From UHGV virus genome UHGV-0203456: a stretch of DNA of 43,089 nucleotides, one strand, 5' to 3'. This DNA comes from a virus. Below the pieces are notes generated by a model. That model saw only the letters and a list, made by a program, of their open reading frames with translations, ran no database searches and was not told the origin of the DNA. Made by a program: the position numbers and the translations under genes. Shown here piece by piece: positions 1-8,961 of the stretch (the stretch's first letter is position 1; each line of letters opens with the position of its first letter).

Positions 1-573
1 ATGGATAGAGTTAAAACATCTGCTCGTCTAAAGCAACTTATGAGTGAGCGCAATTTAAAACAAGTTGATATTCTGCGTTTGTCAGAACCATATCAAAAAG
101 AATTAAATATAAAAATGAGTAAAAGTACTTTGTCACAATATGTAACTGGAAAGCAATCACCTGACCAAAATAGAATTTATCTTCTGTCAAAAACTTTAGA
201 TGTTAACGAAGCATGGCTAATGGGGTTTGATGTCTCTAAAAAAAGAATCCCTGACGAACAAAGATCTAGTGAAAAAAATGACTTCGACATAGTACCTATA
301 TTCAACCAGTTAGAACCCAAGCTCCAACAGCTTATATATAACGAAGCTAAGTCTCATTTAGAAAAACAAAACAAAGCTTCTAATAATGTGGTTAACATTA
401 ACAAGAAAAAATATGATACTTTAGCTGCGCATTCACCAGACCCTGATAAAGTATTTACTGATGAAGAGAAACTTAAAATCAATCAATTTCTAGATAAAGT
501 GGATGCTGATTATGATAGGAAGCAAAAAGAATGTAAACATCTTTTTGATGATGAATCAGATGATAAAGAATAA
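1..573 (+). CDS. CI-like phage repressor, XRE-family HTH DNA-binding protein
   Basis: N-terminal helix-turn-helix (SARLKQLMSERNLKQVDILRLSE...TLSQYVTG). Sits divergent to a cro-like gene once the window ends are joined. Its RBS AAGGAGG and promoter lie at 43037-43082. Confidence 0.8.
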   Translation: MDRVKTSARLKQLMSERNLKQVDILRLSEPYQKELNIKMSKSTLSQYVTGKQSPDQNRIYLLSKTLDVNEAWLMGFDVSKKRIPDEQRSSEKNDFDIVPIFNQLEPKLQQLIYNEAKSHLEKQNKASNNVVNINKKKYDTLAAHSPDPDKVFTDEEKLKINQFLDKVDADYDRKQKECKHLFDDESDDKE

Positions 574-589
574 TTTTCAGGAGTATTTT

Positions 590-1063
590 ATGAACGAATA
601 TGAACTGTTGGTGTCAGAGGTACAGAAAAAAGCACCAGTTATTGAAACAGATTTGTTTCAAAATACTGGATGCTATGGGTTGTACCGTGATGGTAGAATT
701 TATATTGAAAAATCGTTGAGTCTAGTTGAAAAAAGAAATGTGCTAGCTGAAGAACTTGGTCACCATGATACTTCGTTTGGCGATATATTAAACCAGGATT
801 GTTTAGAAAACCGCAAACAAGAATTAAAAGCTAGACAATATGCTTTAGAACAATTAGTCACTTTAGATGATTTAATTAAGTGTTCAGAATCAGGATTCAG
901 TAATCATTACACGTGCGCTGAATTTTTAGGGGTAGACGTTGAAACGCTAAAAAATGTACTCGCCTATTATCGTCAAAAATTTGGTGATACCCATTTTTAT
1001 AAAGGAAGAATTTTTGAGTTTAATGATTTGTCAGTCATGATTTTAAATACAAATTTACAATAA
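590..1063 (+). CDS. ImmA/IrrE-family (DUF955) metallopeptidase-like protein, partner of the repressor
   Basis: Lies immediately downstream of cI, with RBS GGAG before ATG 590. Has an EELGHH motif where ImmA HEXXH normally lies. Typical cI-immA pairing. Confidence 0.7.
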   Translation: MNEYELLVSEVQKKAPVIETDLFQNTGCYGLYRDGRIYIEKSLSLVEKRNVLAEELGHHDTSFGDILNQDCLENRKQELKARQYALEQLVTLDDLIKCSESGFSNHYTCAEFLGVDVETLKNVLAYYRQKFGDTHFYKGRIFEFNDLSVMILNTNLQ

Positions 1064-1152
1064 AAAAGCCCCGTGCTACAACACGGAACTCTTTCCTCAT
1101 TTATGAGAATTATTCAATAAATACATTATATCAGAAATGGGGAGTTTTAAAA

Positions 1153-2037
1153 ATGAAAAAAAGGGTTATTTTAACTTCACTACTACTACCTATTATTTTT
1201 ATATCAGGTTGTAGTGCCAGTGGTAACGATGATAAAACAAAAGAAGCGGAAACCCATGAAAAAAAACAAACTACCAAAATACCTGAAAATAAATTGGGAA
1301 TAGATTCAAAAAAAGTAATAGAATCTAATTTAAATGAATTGACCGAAAGTAAATATGAACTTACTAATAAGTATGATTCCTATCTGACATCAAAAAATCT
1401 AAAAGTTGAAATATTTAAAGAAAGTTTATCACCGATTGCTTTTGCTTTGTTCACAAAAACCGATGAAAAACAGCCTTCTGCGCTAACCATTTTTTCTACT
1501 ATGAGACTTGCAAATAGCGTAGTAGAAAAAAAGTTTGATGATTTAATTCTTGTTTTAGAAAATAGTATTCCAGATAATTCAAAAAAATATACTAGTAAAT
1601 CTGAAAATTCAATAGATGATAATAAATTTGTCACTTTTGTTTTTAACAATGATTTAAATAGTAATGATTTAGACGAATTATTAGCAGATGTACTAGCTGG
1701 TAAGGATAAAAAGGCGCAAGAAACAACTGCTTCTTCCTCGCAATCTAGTAAAGTTCCTCTGGAATACACAAACGCAAAGATAAAAGCTGAAGAGTATATT
1801 AACCACAGCTCTTTTTCAAAAATTAGCTTATATAAACAACTTCAGTATGAAAAATTTTCTGATGAAGCAGCAAACTTTGCAGTAGAAAATATATCTACCA
1901 ATTGGAATAAGCAAGCGGTAAATAAGGCTAAAGAGTATATGGAAAGTATGGATATCTCTAAAGAAAAATTAAAAGACCAGTTGTCATATGAAGGTTTTAC
2001 CGATTCAGAAATAACTTATGCTTTAAATAATATATAA
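1153..2037 (+). CDS. Surface lipoprotein with two C-terminal Ltp-like repeats (candidate superinfection-exclusion protein)
   Basis: Signal peptide plus lipobox (LPIIFISGC). Two internal repeats, SKISLYKQLQYEKFSDEAANFAV and SKEKLKDQLSYEGFTDSEITYAL. Located between repressor and integrase, as Ltp is in streptococcal phages. RBS GGGGAG. Confidence 0.55.
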   Translation: MKKRVILTSLLLPIIFISGCSASGNDDKTKEAETHEKKQTTKIPENKLGIDSKKVIESNLNELTESKYELTNKYDSYLTSKNLKVEIFKESLSPIAFALFTKTDEKQPSALTIFSTMRLANSVVEKKFDDLILVLENSIPDNSKKYTSKSENSIDDNKFVTFVFNNDLNSNDLDELLADVLAGKDKKAQETTASSSQSSKVPLEYTNAKIKAEEYINHSSFSKISLYKQLQYEKFSDEAANFAVENISTNWNKQAVNKAKEYMESMDISKEKLKDQLSYEGFTDSEITYALNNI

Positions 2038-2052
2038 AAGGACGTGTTTTAC

Positions 2053-2253
2053 ATGAAAGTAGGAATGCGTAAACCAAGTATAAAAAAATCAATAAGTGCT
2101 CGTACTACTGGAAAAGCTAAACGTAAGCTTAAAAAAGCAGTAATTCCTGGTTATGGGCAAAAAGGAACTGGTTTCATTAAGAACCCCAAGAAAGCTATGT
2201 ATAATAAAGTATATAATAAAACAACTTTTAGCTTTTGGGATTTGTTTAAGTAA
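2053..2253 (+). CDS. small very basic protein of unknown function
   Basis: ORF with RBS AAAGGA 10 nt upstream of ATG 2053. Lys/Arg-rich, 66 aa. Followed by an intrinsic terminator. Confidence 0.4.
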   Translation: MKVGMRKPSIKKSISARTTGKAKRKLKKAVIPGYGQKGTGFIKNPKKAMYNKVYNKTTFSFWDLFK

Positions 2254-2257
2254 AAGG

Positions 2258-2282
2258 AATGGCCTTCGGGCTTTTCTTTTTT
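2258..2282 (+). terminator. rho-independent terminator
   Basis: GGCCTTCGGGC hairpin followed by TTTTCTTTTTT. Confidence 0.55.
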
Positions 2283-2320
2283 CAACACTTGAGAACATAC
2301 ATTCGAAAGGAGTTTTAACA

Positions 2321-3457
2321 TTGTGGATCGAGGAACTTCCTAATGGAAAATTTAAATACTTTGAGCGATATAAAGATCCGTACACGGAAAAATATCGACG
2401 TGTTTCAGTTACACTTAATTCGAAGTCTAACCAAGCAAAAAAACAAGCGATGATGGAATTACAGGATAAGATTAATAATCGAATGGAGAAAAAAGATCAA
2501 CAAAAAGTATCATTAGAGAATCTCTTAAATAGCTGGTGGCAACAACATCAATTATCTATTAGGAAAACATCAGTTAAAGCTTACGGAAAAATTTTAAAAT
2601 ATATATTTTCCAATATGAATGTTGATGTACTCATAAGAAACACAGATACAAAATTTTTCCAAGACTTTATTAATGATTTACCGCATTCGTGGGAGTATAA
2701 GAAAAAATTCAAAAGTGTGCTTAACATGTCCTTCACTTATGCACAAGACATGGGAATGATTGATGAAAATCCTATCAATAGAGTGAAAGTTGTTAAACCC
2801 CCACTAACAAAAGAAAATTTTGAAAATATAGAAAGTAAATACCTCGAAGAGAAAGAGGTTTATCAATTATTAAACTATTATTATTCTACATTTCAAAGTG
2901 TCCATCATGGTCGTTTAGCAGAGTTTATGTATTTAACTGGATTAAGAGCTGGTGAAGCAATTAGTCTTACTATAAATGATTATGTAAAAAATGAACATGC
3001 TATTTTAGTTAATGGAACTCTGGATTATTCTAACGGTTATAAAAACGCTACAAAAGAATTACCTAAAACTCTAGCATCATTCAGGAAAGTAGAATTATCA
3101 AATAGAGCTGTGAAAATAATCGAAGAGTTAATTTTAGAAAGAGAAATAAAATTCAAAGAGCAAACAAATTATCTATTTGTTGGCAAAACGGGCAAACCAA
3201 TTCAAGTTAATTCATTTAATGCCTCTCTAAAGAAAGCTAATGAAAGTCTAGGTAAAAATAAAATAAACAAAACTATATCAAGTCATATTTTTAGACATTC
3301 TCATATTTCACTACTTGCAGAATTAAATGTACCAGTAAAAGCAATAATGGAACGTGTAGGCCACGTTGACACGGAAACAACTTTAAAAATTTATACTCAT
3401 GTTACAAAAAAAGCTAAAACAAATCTGGTAGAAGCTCTAAATAAATATGGCAAGTAA
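2321..3457 (+). CDS. int: tyrosine site-specific integrase (phage integrase family)
   Basis: C-terminal catalytic signature HIFRHSHISLL...GHVDTETTLKIYTHV (R-H-R-Y). TTG start at 2321 preceded by GAAAGGAG. N-terminus WIEELPNGKFKY is typical of integrases. Confidence 0.85.
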   Translation: MWIEELPNGKFKYFERYKDPYTEKYRRVSVTLNSKSNQAKKQAMMELQDKINNRMEKKDQQKVSLENLLNSWWQQHQLSIRKTSVKAYGKILKYIFSNMNVDVLIRNTDTKFFQDFINDLPHSWEYKKKFKSVLNMSFTYAQDMGMIDENPINRVKVVKPPLTKENFENIESKYLEEKEVYQLLNYYYSTFQSVHHGRLAEFMYLTGLRAGEAISLTINDYVKNEHAILVNGTLDYSNGYKNATKELPKTLASFRKVELSNRAVKIIEELILEREIKFKEQTNYLFVGKTGKPIQVNSFNASLKKANESLGKNKINKTISSHIFRHSHISLLAELNVPVKAIMERVGHVDTETTLKIYTHVTKKAKTNLVEALNKYGK

Positions 3458-3720
3458 TTGCCCCTTTCGTGCCCCTTTTTTAATTCAAAACAAATAAAAA
3501 AAGGCTTAAAGCCTTTGACATCAACTATAATTCAGACACATGGCGGCACTTGCTTAGTCTTTCAAGCGTATTTTACGACTATTTATAGCCTTGTAAAAAC
3601 ACTGTTAAATCAAGAATATTATAATTTAATACTATATATTTTTTTACAATCTTTTACAATTTTTGCCCCTTTTTTGCCCCTTTATTAATAGCCTTAGCTT
3701 TTTGACTCTTTTTTTTTATT
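3458..3720. other. candidate attP region downstream of int with repeated GCCCCTTT motifs
   Basis: Two motif copies at 3461-3480 and two at 3662-3685 flank a roughly 180-bp AT-rich segment. The int terminator hairpin GGCTTAAAGCC lies at about 3501-3512. Confidence 0.35.
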
Positions 3721-3803
3721 ATATTTTTATAGTATGGTATAGTTTTTTACAGCAGTTATTTACATTACTAAATTTATGAATAGATTGAAAGGAATGATTA
3801 CAA

Positions 3804-4385
3804 ATGAAGAAATCTCTTTCGCTGGTCTTTGCATTATTATTACTAACAGCTTGTACTAATGAAAATACGAAAACAGAAAATACAAAAGGGTCATCTACTA
3901 CTGTCACCTCTACAGTAAAGGAATCATCTAATAATAGTATAAATGAAAAAAACATACTGTCCACTAACACAACAACTACTTCAACTGCTGACAGAAAATC
4001 ATCCCAAACTGAAGAAGAACAATCACATACTGAGGATCCAGCTAGTTTGTCTTCTTTTGTTGGTGGCTGGGGTATTCCGCAAAGTGGTAATTTCTTTTTC
4101 ATTAATCCTGATGGAAAAATGTCTGGATCTGGCCAGCCAAACGGAGTCATTCAGAGTCCTAATTTTCTAAGTAATGCTGACGGAAGCATTACAATGAATT
4201 TTATAATTAATAATACCTCTCTCTCATTTACAAAAAACTTAGATGGCACTTTATCTACTGAAAATCAAATCTATAGTTATCTTGGAAACATTGCGCTAGA
4301 GCAATGGCTTGAACTTAAAAATAAAGGACAAATGTCATCTGAACAACAAACTGGAATCCTAGAAGCATCTTCTCAGACACCTTAA
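3804..4385 (+). CDS. lipoprotein with Ser/Thr-rich linker, unknown function (cargo/moron)
   Basis: Lipobox LLLTAC, followed by a low-complexity S/T-rich region and a small C-terminal domain. RBS GAAAGGAA. Confidence 0.6.
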   Translation: MKKSLSLVFALLLLTACTNENTKTENTKGSSTTVTSTVKESSNNSINEKNILSTNTTTTSTADRKSSQTEEEQSHTEDPASLSSFVGGWGIPQSGNFFFINPDGKMSGSGQPNGVIQSPNFLSNADGSITMNFIINNTSLSFTKNLDGTLSTENQIYSYLGNIALEQWLELKNKGQMSSEQQTGILEASSQTP

Positions 4386-4750
4386 AAATATCCATCATGT
4401 TAATTTTTTAAGTCATCTTAGCTGACTCTATCTATTTTTATAATTATATATAGTATATATAGTTTTTTCATACAACTAGCTGTTGATATTAATAAGTGAT
4501 TTGTCGAAACAAGAACTATCTAATTACTTGTTTTTAATTAAAACTGGAATTTGAGGTGCTCTTATTTTATAATTAATGTACTGTATAAATATATTTTTGG
4601 TAATTTATAGGTTATTTTATTTAACTAGTAAGACTTTTTTCAAAAAAGTTTTTTTCTATTTAGCAAATATGTGTTTGTTAGTATGATTTATGAAAAATTC
4701 AAAACTAAGTAAATTTATATGGTTAAGAAATAAAACGATAGGAGAAAAAA

Positions 4751-6253
4751 ATGAAATATTTTTTTAAAGAAAACAAAGGCTTAGCCATCTACAGCTTTTT
4801 GATGGTCTTTGCTACTTATGGTATTAAACTATTTAACAATACTTACGCTATTGATACTATGCACTTAATGACTAACTACAGAGGCTACTTAAAACATTGG
4901 GTTTCAATTGGTAGACCAGGATTAGTAGCTTTAAAGCTTTTAACATACAACTATGTAAATGTTTATTTTTTAAATTTGTTAGCTATTATTTTCTTTGCTA
5001 TCGCCACTATCTTGTTATGCTATTATGTTGATCTTTCAACTAAGCAGATTTATAACAAAAAGTATTTATATGTTATCCCAAGTATTTTTCCAACCAGTCA
5101 ATTATTTAGCGAACAATTTTACTTCGTCCTACAAAATTTTGAATTTTCATTAGGTATCTGTTTGGTTATACTTTCTCTCATTGCTATTTACCATATTCCC
5201 AATAAAATTTTTAAATTATTTGGCTTTTTGTTACTGACGTTTACACTTACTATGTATCAATCATTCTTTGTATTTGCGTGTACCTTAATTTTATTCAAGA
5301 TTTTAATGGCATTGTATTTTGCTCAGTTAAATGATCTTAAAATTTCTTTTAAAGACTATGCCTTCAAAATCGGCCATTTTATTCTACTAGCTATTTCATC
5401 TCTCGTTCTATCTCAACTAATGGCGATGTTAGCGAAAAAAGTTTTAAACGTTGAAAGCTCCTATCTAGATAATATGATTCTTTGGGGTAAACGCCCCTTG
5501 ATAGATTCTATCAACGATATTAAAGATTACGCCAAAGAACTATTCTTCCCTCCAGTCGGAGACACTTTTTTTACACCGCTGTTTTTGATATGTGTTCTTT
5601 TACTGGTCATTGTATTAATTAATATGTCCTATCTGAAACGCAAAAATGTTTTTTTCATCTTTATTACCTTGTTAGGTATTCTAATCACTCCACTCATGTT
5701 TACAATTTTAGGTGGAAAACGTCCGGCAATTAGAGGTGAAGTACCTAACTTCCCTGCTGTTTTAGCGTTATTACTCATCTTTATTATGATTTACTGGGGA
5801 TACAACTTTGTGCTTAAACATTTATTAGTTGGCATAGTAATTATCTTTACTTTTATTCAAGTTCGGGAAACAACCAACCTAGAATATTCTGAGTATCTAA
5901 CAGCGGAAGAAGATTTACGTACTGCGGAAATGATTACAAATAATATTTATTCAATGGAAATTGAGAATCCAGAATCCTATAAACTTTTAATGTATGGAAA
6001 TCGTTCTCCTCGGAATGTTTCGAATATAAAAGGTGAAACAAACGGTGTTTCATTATTTGAATTCATGCCTAACTCGGTGCACACTAGTTTAAATACTCTA
6101 GTTTATATGAAAACATTTGGATTAAATTTTAATGATCCTACACCAGAAGATTTTGAAAAACACAAAGCTTTACAAGCGGAAATGAATGTCTGGCCTAGTA
6201 AAGATTCCATCAGAGTGGTAGATGATTGTATAATTGTTAATTTATCAAAATAA
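4751..6253 (+). CDS. polytopic integral membrane protein (at least 10 TM helices) with C-terminal soluble domain; possible GT-C-like surface-glycan modification or exclusion protein
   Basis: 500 aa, highly hydrophobic with repeated TM segments. C-terminal 120 aa hydrophilic. RBS AGGAGA. Most AT-rich gene in the window. Sits between attP and the lysis module. Confidence 0.55.
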   Translation: MKYFFKENKGLAIYSFLMVFATYGIKLFNNTYAIDTMHLMTNYRGYLKHWVSIGRPGLVALKLLTYNYVNVYFLNLLAIIFFAIATILLCYYVDLSTKQIYNKKYLYVIPSIFPTSQLFSEQFYFVLQNFEFSLGICLVILSLIAIYHIPNKIFKLFGFLLLTFTLTMYQSFFVFACTLILFKILMALYFAQLNDLKISFKDYAFKIGHFILLAISSLVLSQLMAMLAKKVLNVESSYLDNMILWGKRPLIDSINDIKDYAKELFFPPVGDTFFTPLFLICVLLLVIVLINMSYLKRKNVFFIFITLLGILITPLMFTILGGKRPAIRGEVPNFPAVLALLLIFIMIYWGYNFVLKHLLVGIVIIFTFIQVRETTNLEYSEYLTAEEDLRTAEMITNNIYSMEIENPESYKLLMYGNRSPRNVSNIKGETNGVSLFEFMPNSVHTSLNTLVYMKTFGLNFNDPTPEDFEKHKALQAEMNVWPSKDSIRVVDDCIIVNLSK

Positions 6254-6278
6254 ATTTCAAACTTCTGTTAATAAAAAT

Positions 6279-6304
6279 AACCCTATTCTATTAGGAATAG
6301 GGTT
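6279..6304. terminator. bidirectional terminator hairpin between convergent genes
   Basis: AACCCTATTC-tattag-GAATAGGGTT, a 10-bp perfect stem, flanked by A-run and T-run. Confidence 0.55.
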
Positions 6305-6316
6305 ATTTACATAAAA

Positions 6317-7585
6317 TCATTTCACTACTGGAAACATTGCCTCTAGTCGAATATACCATGGCGAAGTTTTAGGCCAATCTTTTTTATAATATACCGGAAT
6401 TTCTTTTCCATTGTTTTTACGATATAGCTCTTTAACAATATTAACTTCATCATTATGATATACTCGTCGTGTATTGACCCCATTACAAAACATCATTGTA
6501 GTTGCTGAGCCATTTATATCTAAAGCTCCAGTATTCGGATTAATTGGTCGTTCATATAAACATTGCATAGTTGTCAGTCCTCCATTATTAGTAATTCCCT
6601 CAGTACTTGCATCAATTTGTGCAAGTTTACCAGGATTTTGTTTGTTTATTGAATTATAAGTTGGTATTAACATATTAAAGTAATTTTGATAGCCTGTCGC
6701 AGCATAGTCTGAATTTGCTCCACCTATGCGAAATAAGCCCTTACAGTATTCTTCAATTGAATTTGCACCTTCAACATTATATAAGCCATTTCTTTTTGAT
6801 AATACAAATGCATATGCTTTAAAAAAATCGTTCATGGTTGCAAAATGAATATAATAACCACCTTCACCAACTGGTCTTGCTGACCCACGACTCATATTAA
6901 TTCCTAAATCAGCTGGAACGCTAAAAGGTTCCGAAATTCCTGCCCAATTATTGTCTTTACTTCCAACAATTGAAATGTTTGGATCACCCCAGTGACTTTC
7001 AATAAACATTTGTGCAATCATAAAACTTGGCTTGATATTATATTTTTTTCCAGCAGAAATGATTAGACGAATATTTGATTCTGAAATGCTTTTTCCTGCA
7101 TTTAATAAAGCTCCGCCCGTATAAATTCCACCATTGCCACCGTTATTACTAGAGTCTCTGCCAGAACCATCTAAATTAATTACTTCTCGTGGATTGATTC
7201 TCTGCCATTTACCACCACGCCACACTTCAAAATGAAGATGAATACCTGTGGCACCCCCAGTTGCTCCACATAATCCAAGAACCGTTTGATTTGTTACTTG
7301 TTGTCCTACTGATACATTTATAGTTGCTAAATGCCCATAATAGGTCCAGTAGTTATCCATATGTCTGATAACAATGTAATTACCACCAATTGGATGATTT
7401 GGTACTACCTCTTCTACTGTCCCAGATTTAGCTGAATAAACAGGTGGATTAGTACCTGCTTTTGGAGCTAAGTCAATGCCTCCGTGAATTCCTGCTTGTC
7501 CTCCGCTCAAATAATCAGGTTCATCCCATTCTTGAGTTGCTTGATAAGAAACAGCAAGAGGACTTAACCATGTGTCTGCCATAAT
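6317..7585 (-). CDS. peptidoglycan hydrolase: N-terminal M23 peptidase domain plus glucosaminidase/muramidase-like domain
   Basis: M23 motif GIHLHFE, then FMIAQMFIESHWG (FlgJ/glucosaminidase-like). Real start is MADTWL at 7585, preceded by AAGGAGGGG. The 5' extension to 7657 in the ORF track is spurious. No signal peptide. Confidence 0.7.
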   Translation of the reverse strand: MMADTWLSPLAVSYQATQEWDEPDYLSGGQAGIHGGIDLAPKAGTNPPVYSAKSGTVEEVVPNHPIGGNYIVIRHMDNYWTYYGHLATINVSVGQQVTNQTVLGLCGATGGATGIHLHFEVWRGGKWQRINPREVINLDGSGRDSSNNGGNGGIYTGGALLNAGKSISESNIRLIISAGKKYNIKPSFMIAQMFIESHWGDPNISIVGSKDNNWAGISEPFSVPADLGINMSRGSARPVGEGGYYIHFATMNDFFKAYAFVLSKRNGLYNVEGANSIEEYCKGLFRIGGANSDYAATGYQNYFNMLIPTYNSINKQNPGKLAQIDASTEGITNNGGLTTMQCLYERPINPNTGALDINGSATTMMFCNGVNTRRVYHNDEVNIVKELYRKNNGKEIPVYYKKDWPKTSPWYIRLEAMFPVVK

Positions 7586-7759
7586 TCCCCTCCTTAATAT
7601 TCTTTCCATGCGTCCATGGAGAACATATGTCTGGAATGGCAACAGTTTTTTTGACAAATTTTATAAGGTGCAGAACTTCTTTCCGTATGCTATTCCGATT
7701 GTCCTTGACAATGAGCCTCCTCGGATGTGACGATCTTCGGCAGGAGCTAACAGTTAAAG

Positions 7760-8596
7760 TTAGACTGCCTCGCTAGCGTTAGCACATCCGAGCTCATTAT
7801 CAAGGATTCGCTGCGCCAATCTCTGGTTACGGTAACCAACCGGTGTCTCGTAGCCAAGTGTACCGTGCAACCGAAGGTGGTTCCACCAATTGACATAGTC
7901 AAATAACTCCAAATCCAATTGTTGTAAGGTTTCAAATGTGTATTGATAGACAAATTCTACTTTCAACGACTTATAAGTTGATTCAGCTACGGCATTATCA
8001 AAAGGACAGCCTTTATGACTCAATGATCGATTGATGTCAAAAGTTGTTAATAATTCATCAATAGCTTGGTTATCAAACTCTTTTCCACGATCAGTATGAA
8101 AAATCTCAACCTCTGTCAGAGGTTGTTTGATACGGCTAAATGCTTTTTTTACTAGAACGGCATCTTTATGTTCTCCACAAGAATAGCCGAGAATTTCTCG
8201 ATTGAACAGATCCAAAATGAAACAGACATAATTCCATTTTTTCCCGACTCGTACATAAGTCAAGTCTGTTACGATCGCTTCTAATGGGTTGTCTCTTAAG
8301 AATTTACGATTCAATACGTTTGTCGTTTTGGCTTCATTGCAAGTAGAATGATGTACTTTAAAATAAGCAACAGTATAGCTCGATTTTAATCCTCTATTTT
8401 TCATGATTCTACTAATTTTTCGTCGGCTGATCTGAATGCCTCGTTTTGATAAGGCTTTTTTTATTTTTCTTGAGCCGTAGGCCTTTCGGCTGCGGATAAA
8501 TTCTTCAGCGACTACTTCTTCAAGTTCTGATTCGTCTTTCTTTGGTTTTGATTGATAATAATAGGACTGACGTGATAGACCTAATATTCTGCACAT
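7760..8596 (-). CDS. IS3-family transposase OrfB (DDE integrase core); frame continues upstream to the frameshift site
   Basis: DDE-type motifs (…HTDRGKEFDN…, …NAVAESTYKSLK…), typical of IS3/IS150 OrfB. Confidence 0.8.
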   Translation of the reverse strand: MCRILGLSRQSYYYQSKPKKDESELEEVVAEEFIRSRKAYGSRKIKKALSKRGIQISRRKISRIMKNRGLKSSYTVAYFKVHHSTCNEAKTTNVLNRKFLRDNPLEAIVTDLTYVRVGKKWNYVCFILDLFNREILGYSCGEHKDAVLVKKAFSRIKQPLTEVEIFHTDRGKEFDNQAIDELLTTFDINRSLSHKGCPFDNAVAESTYKSLKVEFVYQYTFETLQQLDLELFDYVNWWNHLRLHGTLGYETPVGYRNQRLAQRILDNELGCANASEAV

Positions 8597-8631
8597 CGCT
8601 GATATAGGGTAAAGATGCTTATTCGCATCGA

Positions 8632-8961
8632 TTACTTGTCTCTTCGTCCGAATATCAGCGCTGCTTGCTTTAAAATATCATTTTCCATTTCTAATTGCTG
8701 GTTTCTTTTACGTAGTTCTAACAATTCTTTTTGTTCAGGCGTAAGATTATCTTTTTCTTTGAATGAACCACTCGTTTTAAATTGCTTTACCCATTTGTCA
8801 AATGCTGAAGCCGTTAGTTCATATTCTCGAATGATTTCTACACGTGGCTTTCCAGCTAAGTAAAGATTGACGATTTGTTGCTTGAATTCTTGTGAAAAAG
8901 TTCTTCGTGTTCTCTTAGACATAAAAATTCCTCCTGGTATGTTTTCTTCTAGTCTACACAC
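8632..8961 (-). CDS. IS3-family transposase OrfA (HTH)
   Basis: MSKRTRRTFSQEFKQQIVNLYLAGK..., coiled-coil LELRKRNQQLEMEND; canonical OrfA. Confidence 0.8.
   Translation of the reverse strand: MCRLEENIPGGIFMSKRTRRTFSQEFKQQIVNLYLAGKPRVEIIREYELTASAFDKWVKQFKTSGSFKEKDNLTPEQKELLELRKRNQQLEMENDILKQAALIFGRRDK
8668..8674 (-). promoter_or_regulatory. -1 programmed ribosomal frameshift heptamer T TTA AAG (orfA to orfAB)
   Basis: In the orfA frame the codons are ATT TTA AAG. After a -1 slip the reading frame gives ...ASSADIRTKRQVIDANKHLYPISAMCRILGL, continuous with OrfB. Confidence 0.5.

Noticed and set aside
1380-1769. 129-aa minus-strand ORF inside the plus-strand lipoprotein gene
   Set aside because: Fully embedded antisense to a well-supported gene with a signal peptide and RBS. 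No RBS of its own, and low-complexity translation.
3458-3688. 76-aa ORF in the int-downstream non-coding region
   Set aside because: It runs through the int terminator hairpin and the GCCCCTTT repeat blocks and has no RBS. This is att-region sequence, not coding.
3719-4170. ORFs 3719..4150 (-) and 3943..4170 (+) overlapping the lipoprotein gene 3804..4385
   Set aside because: Alternative-frame and antisense ORFs within a gene that has a clear lipobox and RBS. Their composition is frame-shadow-like.
7586-7657. N-terminal extension MSKKLLPFQTYVLHGRMERILRRGIM of the M23 hydrolase ORF
   Set aside because: The strong RBS AAGGAGGGG sits immediately before the internal ATG at 7585, and the upstream extension has none. 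It probably reads into the IS-proximal junk.
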